Shown here: positions 33,871 through 40,946 of the stretch, in pieces
Position numbering within the stretch: position 1 is the stretch's first letter
Layout: every line of letters starts with the position of its first letter
Notes under the pieces: model-generated
Told to the model about the DNA's origin: nothing
Database searches by the model: none
What the model saw: the letters and a program-made list of their open reading frames with translations, nothing else
Program-made: the position numbers and the translations under genes
Assembly (NCBI RefSeq): GCF_001194135.2
Contig: NC_068986.1
Location: forward strand, 21,923,655-21,964,600
DNA: 40,946 nt
From: Octopus bimaculoides
Lineage: Eukaryota
Direction of reading: 5' to 3'

Positions 33871-34344
33871 TTTTGTAAATACTTCTTGACACTTGCCTTC
33901 CTCATGAAAAGAAAAAGATTATATTAAAAACTAGGAGAGGTTCTGAGAATTCTTTACATTTCAACAACATGACTGAATGCAAACAGTTATAGAATTTCGT
34001 GATTATGGAAAGTTTTCCTGTTTTTGGATTAACCAACAATGTTTTTTAAGCTTATTAATAATTTAAACATTATAGGGTAAATATACATTTTGTGCATGTA
34101 ATGTGTCCTGTGGCTAGTTATTTTAAGGGAGATAATAATTTGTTGATATATTTTATAAGGTTACTACAATTTATTTTAGGGTTATTTAAATAGCTCTGTT
34201 CAATAAAATCAAAGTGCTGGTATGGCTTCAAAAATGGATCAGTCATCTGAAAGTAGCTCCAGCTACATAAACGCAAATCAATTTAAGTTTAAGTGTTTGT
34301 TTGCAATTAACATTTATTATATTATTTATTTAACTACAAACACA

Positions 34345-34780
34345 CTGAGTTCCTTTCGAGTGTTGGGCCTTATGGAGGCAAAGTGGCTGAGTTCTTTTCA
34401 AGCATTGGGCCTCATGGAGGCAAAGTGGCTGAGTTCCTTTTGAGTGTTGGGCCTCACAGAGCCAATGACTGAGACCATTGGCATTATGTCATGCTTGAGA
34501 AGAAGACCCATCAAGCTGCGCAAAATTGCAGACGTGGCAGATATTGGTGTCATGCAAAAGCACCCTGGTGTCACACAATTGGCACCTATACCAGTGGCAC
34601 ATAAAAAGCACCCATTAAACTCTCGGAGTGGTTGGCGTTAGGAAGGGCATCCAGCCGTAGAAAACCATGTCAAATCAGACTGGAGTCCGGTGCAGCCTTC
34701 CAGCATGCCAGCCTGGTCAAACCGTCCAACCCATGCCAGCATGGACAATGGACGTTAAATGATGATGATGATGATGATGA
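34345..34780 (+). mobile_element. RTE 3' end with three tandem 42-bp units at its 5' junction
   Basis: Units start at 34345, 34387 and 34429 (ctgagttcctttcgagtgttgggccttatggaggcaaagtgg); then RTE 3'UTR and (GAT)n tail. Confidence 0.85.
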
Positions 34781-34899
34781 AAAGGAAATGTTTATGAAAC
34801 TGGGTTGATTTTAGATACTATTGCTTCAATTTATTAAAAAGAAATCTCTTGAGCTTTTTACTTGAACAATAATTAGCATTATGTAAATCTGAAATGTTT

Positions 34900-35185
34900 A
34901 GGAAGGTCATGAGCTCGATTCCTGGTGGCATGTTGAGTCCTTGAGCAAGACTCTTTATTTCACATTTCTCCAGTCCATTCAGCTGGCAAAAATGAGTAGT
35001 ACTTGTATTTGAAATGGCCAGCCTTATCACTTTCTGTATCACGCTGAATCTCTCTAAGAACTAAGTTAAGAGTACATGTGTCTGTGGAGTACTCAGCCAC
35101 TTGCATGGTAATTTCACAAGCAGGCTGTTTCATTGATCAGATGAACTGGAACCCTCATTGTCATAACTGATGGCATGCCAGTTTT
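34900..35185 (+). mobile_element. SINE family D
   Basis: gagctcgattcctgg...gagtccttgagcaagactctttatttcac...gtggagtactcagccacttgc...ggaaccctcattgtc. Confidence 0.78.
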
Positions 35186-35908
35186 TATTTATTATTTTTT
35201 TTTTTGTTGATATTATGAAATTTCTAAAATTACATAGATTTCGTTATTAGTGATGGCTTTTGAGCTTGAGTACAAGGCAAGATTAGGTGATTAAAAAGTT
35301 CACCTCATAATCACATGGTTCCAGGTTTGTTCCTGCTTGACAACACCTGAAGCAAATATCTGCTATTATTGCCTCAGGTGACCAATGCTTTGCAAATGGA
35401 GTTTCACAAATGGAAACTGTGGAGAAGTTCATCGTGTGTGTGCACACATGCATGCATATGTATGTATTTCTCTGATGTATACCAGCAAAAGATGTTAAAC
35501 ATTCAATAGAAAAATCAATAAACTGTTGCTTTCAAACTAAAATGCCTTATAATATTTGTTCTGTTCAAGCAACAGAAATTTCATTGTCACATGTCATCAT
35601 AAATGCAAGTCAATTATTGGTAAACTATAAACAACAATGAAATTGTTCACAAAATGCAATATAAATTTTAAATTTTTAAAAATTAAATGCCTGGCAAGTC
35701 TGCAAAGCAGCAGTTTTCCATGCTGATTAATTTTACATCATTTAATGTGTCACACTCTAAAATATTATTATCAGTGGTAGGCTCTATTCTGCTGCTACTT
35801 TATATACCCTGAACTACCATTTCATAGTACCTCTTCACCTAGCAAACATCATCTTTTATTCAAGTCCAGTAGTTTGGACACTTTTTCAGTTCATTTGTAC
35901 TGATTTAT

Positions 35909-36130
35909 TCATCATCATCATTTAACATCTATTTCCCAAGCTGGCATGGAATGGACAGTTTGACAAGATTTGACATGCCAGTGGACTGCATTGAGCTCCA
36001 ATGTATTCTTTGACATGATTTCTACAGCTGGATGCCCTTCCTAATGCCAGTCACTTCACAAAGTGTGCTATGTGTTTCTTTCATAGCACCAGCACTAGTG
36101 AGGTCACTAGATAACTTGTAAGACAAAGAA
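35909..36130 (-). mobile_element. RTE 3'UTR fragment
   Basis: catcatcatcatttaacatctatttcccaagctggcatgg...cagctggatgcccttcctaatgcc. Confidence 0.75.
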
Positions 36131-36876
36131 AAAGCTTCCATATGTGGGAGTTAGGGGATTGTAGAGAAGGCTCTCTTCTTTATACTAAAACTGTAAATTG
36201 TATCAAACAAAAATGTATTCCAAAAATGGAATAAATTAGTTGTCTTGGATTCTACTGTTTTAAATTAGAGTCAACTTAGTACTTTAATAATTGTATTTAC
36301 TACGATTTAAAAGTCAAAATATATATGATTTTAGATTTCTATGAAAAACTTTTTTTAATCTGTTGCCTCTGAATCATAAATCTCTTTTTCGTATTTTCTC
36401 AGTAAAAAAAGTCTAGGTTTAACTAGCAGTGGGACAATTCAGTCCTAGATTTACAAAAAGATGTGATGGTCATGTTGAAACATTTTCGGTTCTCATCAAC
36501 TTGGTTAGCACATATTTGAGGGCTAAATAACTAAAAACAAAATATAAAGAAGTACAGTGAATAGTTTGAATATAATACTGATGTTCCTTCTAAGAACTTA
36601 ATTTATATATTATTGGTATCTTGACAGAGCCTACATCTACAATTAGAACATTCTCTCTCTCTCTCATTCTAATATATTCTTCATTACTGTTCATTACACC
36701 ACACACTTCCTCTATGAATGAAGTTAATGAATTCCACGAAAGAACAGCTTTTCAGAGTACCAGGATATATAATAAAAATATTTAATTCAAATATTTAATA
36801 AAAATTTCTTGTAAACTTTTCATGACACATTCTAAGAAACTATTAATAGTACACTTTTAATAACTTCAATAACATA

Positions 36877-37232
36877 TGGTGCAGGTATAGTTGCATAGTT
36901 AAGAAGTTCACTTTGAGACCATCAGGTTCTGAGTTCAATCTCACAGCACAACACATTGGCCAAGTGTCTTCTATTGTAGTCTTAGTTTGACCAATACCTT
37001 GTGAATGGAACTTATTAAAAGGAAACTGTGCAAAATCTATTGTTCTACACTTTACTTCTTTATACAGGCATGACTACGTGGTTAAGAAATTTGCTTTGCA
37101 ACTAAGTGGTTTCTAGTTCAATCCCAATGAGTGCCACCTTAGGCAAGTGTCTTTTGTTGTAACTATGGGTCGGGCAAAATTTTATGAGTGAATTTGAATG
37201 ACAGAATCTGTGCAGAAGCTTGTTGTATGTGA
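36877..37232 (+). mobile_element. Two tandem SINE family A heads
   Basis: ggtgcaggtatagttgcatagttaagaagttcact... and caggcatgactacgtggttaagaaatttgct..., each with a B-box-like gttcaatc. Confidence 0.7.
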
Positions 37233-37241
37233 GAGAGAGGG

Positions 37242-37334
<93 letters not shown>
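37231..37334. repeat. (GA)n microsatellite
   Basis: Direct inspection. Confidence 0.95.
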
Positions 37335-37336
<2 letters not shown>

Positions 37337-37565
37337 CACACAGTCTAGAGCAGTGGACTGGCATTGCATTCTGGAGGAGAAATATACACACCAATCTCAG
37401 ATTCCAAAGTTATTTACAAAAAAAAAAAAAAAATAGTTACTAATTAGAATCTTCAGCTGTTAATTGGGTTATCACCCATATAATAAAATCCAGTATCAAA
37501 TAATATCTGGTAAAAGGAAAAAGCTATTTATATTCATATTCAAATTTATTAAAATTTAAATTTAA

Positions 37566-37784
37566 CCCTTTAACATTTAAATTGGCCAAAATATTCTACC
37601 TATTTTTAAGTTCAAACTTGCCAGATCCAGCTTCTCACACATACCCTACAATATCATTCTAAAAATAAACAATCACATCATCCAAATCTCAAAGTTACAA
37701 GATAAAACATGATAAATAAGCAAAAAATATGAATAAATAAACGTATTTGAGAAAGTAAACGGATTACTAAACTGCTGTAAAGGC
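37566..37784 (-). mobile_element. piggyBac-like MITE family 1
   Basis: TTAA|ccctttaacatttaaa...ccagatccagcttctcacacataccctacaatatcattctaaaaataaac; far TIR degenerate. Confidence 0.7.
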
Positions 37785-38189
37785 TTGTGTCAAAACAAAA
37801 TGAACAAATAAACAATGGATAATTTATATTTGAATTAGATTATGAACTGTATAAATTAAACTAGATTATGAACTCAGTTTAATATGGAGGACCAATATCA
37901 AACTTCAAATGACCCTAGAGAACCCACTCCTCATGAACAGCTAATCATTAAAATTATGGATTCATTAGAGGATGGTTCAATATACCAGAAATAGCAGCCA
38001 AATCTACTCCAAATTACACTCTTTTAAGTATGGGACAGATATATAAGATTGTGTAGGCCTAAAAAAAGACAGTGGCTGGAATACATCTTTGGTCATAGGT
38101 TTACTTACTGAAAGTTTATGGCTTAAAAAAACATGAATGATGCACAATTAAGAAAACCACACTCTAAAAACATATAACAAGGTTGTTCT

Positions 38190-38432
38190 ATGGAAGACCA
38201 GCAGTCGCTCATGCATACCGGCCTCCACTCTCCACACCACCAGTGTTATCCAAGGGAAAGGCAAAGGCCGATACAGCTTGGCACCTGTGACATCGCAACT
38301 CATTTCTACAGCTGAGTGAACTGGAGCAACGTGAAATAAAGTGTCTTGCTCAAGAACACAACACGCAGCCCGGTCCGGGATTCGAACTCACAACTTCACG
38401 ATCGTAAGCTCGATGCTCTAACCACTGAGCTT
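38190..38432 (-). mobile_element. tRNA-derived SINE (family D-related variant)
   Basis: gctgagtgaactggagcaacgtgaaataaagtgtcttgctcaagaacac...gggattcgaactcac...ctctaaccactgagc (B and A boxes on the minus strand). Confidence 0.8.
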
Positions 38433-38810
38433 TCACTACATAGAGCTACATTAAGGATACTGATGTTCCTCCTAAGAACTTAATTTATATATTATTGGTA
38501 TCTTGACAGAGCCTACATCTACAATTAGAACACTCTCTCTGTTTCTCATTCTAATATATTCAAAATAAAAAGAAAAAGAAGGAAATGCTTTCAGAACTTT
38601 ATCATAGATAAAGGAAAGAAAATATTTACATTTTTATCAAAATATGCAACTGGTTTTAATCATGTAAAAAGATGATTTAGTCATGCTAAAAACAGGAAAA
38701 ATAAATTAAATTAAATTAAATTCTCTTGTACACATCTGATGCCTCTTATAGCCAGTTTTCCTCTTAAATCATTTACCCTCTGTTGTATGTGCACACTGAC
38801 ATTACCCATC

Positions 38811-39335
38811 CACTGGAGCCTGGGTAGTGTCAGTGTGCATGAGTGTAAATGATTTCAGGGGAAAACTGGATGTAAGGGGCCTCAGATGTTGTGTGCAAGA
38901 GAGAAGACTGCACTGGTTTGGTCATGTGATGCGTATGGATGAGGACAGCTGCATAAAGACGTGCCGAGTTCTAATTGTAGAAGGTACCTGTGTAAGGGGT
39001 AGACCAAGGAAAATTTGGGATGAAGTGGTGAGAAAGGGTCTTCAGATACTGGGCCTCACTGAGGAAATGACAAGGGACCAGGAGATGTGATAAGATGCAT
39101 CAAGCTAAGTAAAATCACTGGCTTCCACTGATACAGGATTGTCGTTTCAGGTACCAGTGCCACATAAGAAGCACCTGTTCCAGTGCTGCATAAGCACACC
39201 TGTACCAGTGCCACATAAGAAGCACATATACCAGTGCTGCATAAGTGCACCTGTGCCAGTGACACATAAAAAGCACCCAGCATTCTCTATTAAGTGGTTG
39301 GCATTAGGAAGGGCATCCAGCCATTGAGACCCCAA
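38811..39335 (+). mobile_element. RTE-clade LINE ORF2 C-terminus plus 3'UTR with minisatellite
   Basis: GKLDVRGLRCCVQERRLHWFGHVMRMDEDSCIKTCRVLIVEGTCVRGRPRKIWDEVVRKGL; 3'UTR with alternating 27/24-bp ccagtgccacataagaagcacc units. Confidence 0.9.
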
Positions 39336-39892
39336 AAAAAGCAAAAGGAGTTTTGAGTTTTTGAAATAAATATTGTTGTTGAAATATAAGACACCTTTAT
39401 TCAATACATGCTTAAAACCTCTTCTCCTTTCCAATTAATGCCTTGCATTCTATTCTGTTGTTAAATGTACCTTCACTGACTTTATCCCAACATTCTTTCC
39501 ATCCTTATTTAATCCGGATGGCTGTCAGAAACATACTTAATCACAAAGCTAACCCTTCCTCCAAATTTAAACCACATTCAGAATTGCTTTTTATATTTTC
39601 CTTTAACAAAAAAGTAAATAAACTACAAGGATTATAAGTTCTTCATGAATTTTGGCATACATTAATTAGACCTGGAACAAGTTAAAACTTGAATCCCTGT
39701 CCTATGTTTTGGTTGCTGTTTATTATAAGCACTTATTGTCCTGCATTTCACCAATCAGCTAATTCTATTTACAAGAGATTTTTTTCGCTGCTCCAGCCAT
39801 AAAATACCAAAAATAAAGACATAAATGAATTATAAAAAATCAAGATCACTTTATGAAGCTAATTAATAAAACTTAAGAATCTGACTATAATG

Positions 39893-39985
39893 TCATCATC
39901 ATCATAATTTAATGTCTGTTTTCCATGCTGGCATGGGTTGGATGGCTTCACATGGAGCTGGCCAGTCAGAGAACTGTCCAGACAC
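39893..39985 (-). mobile_element. RTE 3' tail fragment
   Basis: catcatcatcataatttaatgtctgttttccatgctggcatgggttggatgg. Confidence 0.7.
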
Positions 39986-40572
39986 CATCCAACAACAAGA
40001 CCACAGACAATTGTCTTTTCAATCTATTTGGTTGCTATTACAGCAGCTTCTGTTCCTCTGACTAGCTGTTTGCATATCCATTCCATTCTCACCTAACACA
40101 CTGCTTTCTTTTTCCTCATTACTCGTACTCAACTTCTATCAAAATCAAAATCTTACACAGAACACATACCCAATCCTTCCTCATTAGAGTGCCAATCCCC
40201 TGAATTTCCTCTCAACCCACATGTGTTTTTCCTGTAGATTACAACTTACAAGTGCCCAAGTAGTATTATAAAATCAGTCTTAGAGATCCTGTGAAGATTT
40301 TAGGACACACAAGCCTTTCTCCATGAATAAATCAACCAAAGCACAAACATGGCCATGGGGTAAAAAGTTTGCTTCCCAGCCACATGGTTCTATTTTTCCA
40401 TGCAAGTATGGAAAAGTAGACACTAAACGAGTTTGATAATAATGAAACCATTAAAAAAGATGAATAAATAAAAAATAAATAGTTCAAGTAAACTACATGT
40501 GCAAACCTATAAAGATAGTCTTTTAATAAACAGAACCTGCAATTAAAATTAGTGAGGGAAAAGAAAAAACAC

Positions 40573-40723
40573 AAATGGCTGTGAGGTAAGAAGTTTGCTT
40601 CTCAACCAAATAGTTCTGGGGTCAGTCCCACTGCATGGTACTTTGGAGAAGTGTCTTCTATAATAGCCTCAAGCCAACCAAAATTTTGTGAGTGCATTTG
40701 GTAGATGGAAACTGAAAGAAGCT
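40573..40723 (+). mobile_element. SINE family A head
   Basis: atggctgtgaggtaagaagtttgcttctcaacc...gtcagtcccactgc...ggtagatggaaactgaaagaagc. Confidence 0.8.
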
Positions 40724-40946
40724 TCATCATCATCGTTTAACGTCCGCTTTCCATGCTAGCATGGGTTGGACGATTTGACTGAGGACTGGTGAAACCGGAT
40801 GGCAACACCAGGCTCCAGTCTGATTTGGCAGAGTTTCTACAGCTGGATGCCCTTCCTAACGCCAACCACTCAGAGAGTGTAGTGGGTGCTTTTACGTGTC
40901 ACCCGCACGAAAACGGCCACGCTCGAAATGGTGTCTTTTATGTGCC
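40724..40946 (-). mobile_element. Young RTE 3' end, continues beyond the window
   Basis: catcatcatcgtttaacgtccgctttccatgctagcatgggttggacg...ggatgcccttcctaacgccaaccactcagagagtg. Confidence 0.88.

Overview
AT-rich, repeat-saturated eukaryotic genomic DNA from a gapped draft assembly with many N runs. The repeat families (tRNA-head SINEs with internal microsatellites, RTE LINE 3' ends with (GAT)n tails, TTAA MITEs) look like those of Octopus; this species call is my recognition, not a database result. I found no protein-coding exon I can name. Most ORF-track entries are microsatellite or repeat read-throughs. Supportable content: about 18 RTE-derived fragments, at least three SINE families, an R4/Dong-like LINE 3' end, a Penelope-like fragment, an internally deleted mariner with both TIRs and TA TSDs, two Tc1 fragments (one with an apparent D36E spacing), hAT MITEs with 8-bp TSDs, piggyBac-like TTAA MITEs, a 33-bp minisatellite, and a probable promoter plus non-coding first exon of a minus-strand gene near 26.45-26.65 kb. 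The most notable signal is a 131-bp sequence present in two identical, same-strand copies 3,187 bp apart (29304-29434 and 32491-32621). Each copy folds into a type I hammerhead ribozyme, suggesting a young retrozyme or Penelope-type element. A second, minimal hammerhead-like motif with a core substitution lies at 11559-11594.
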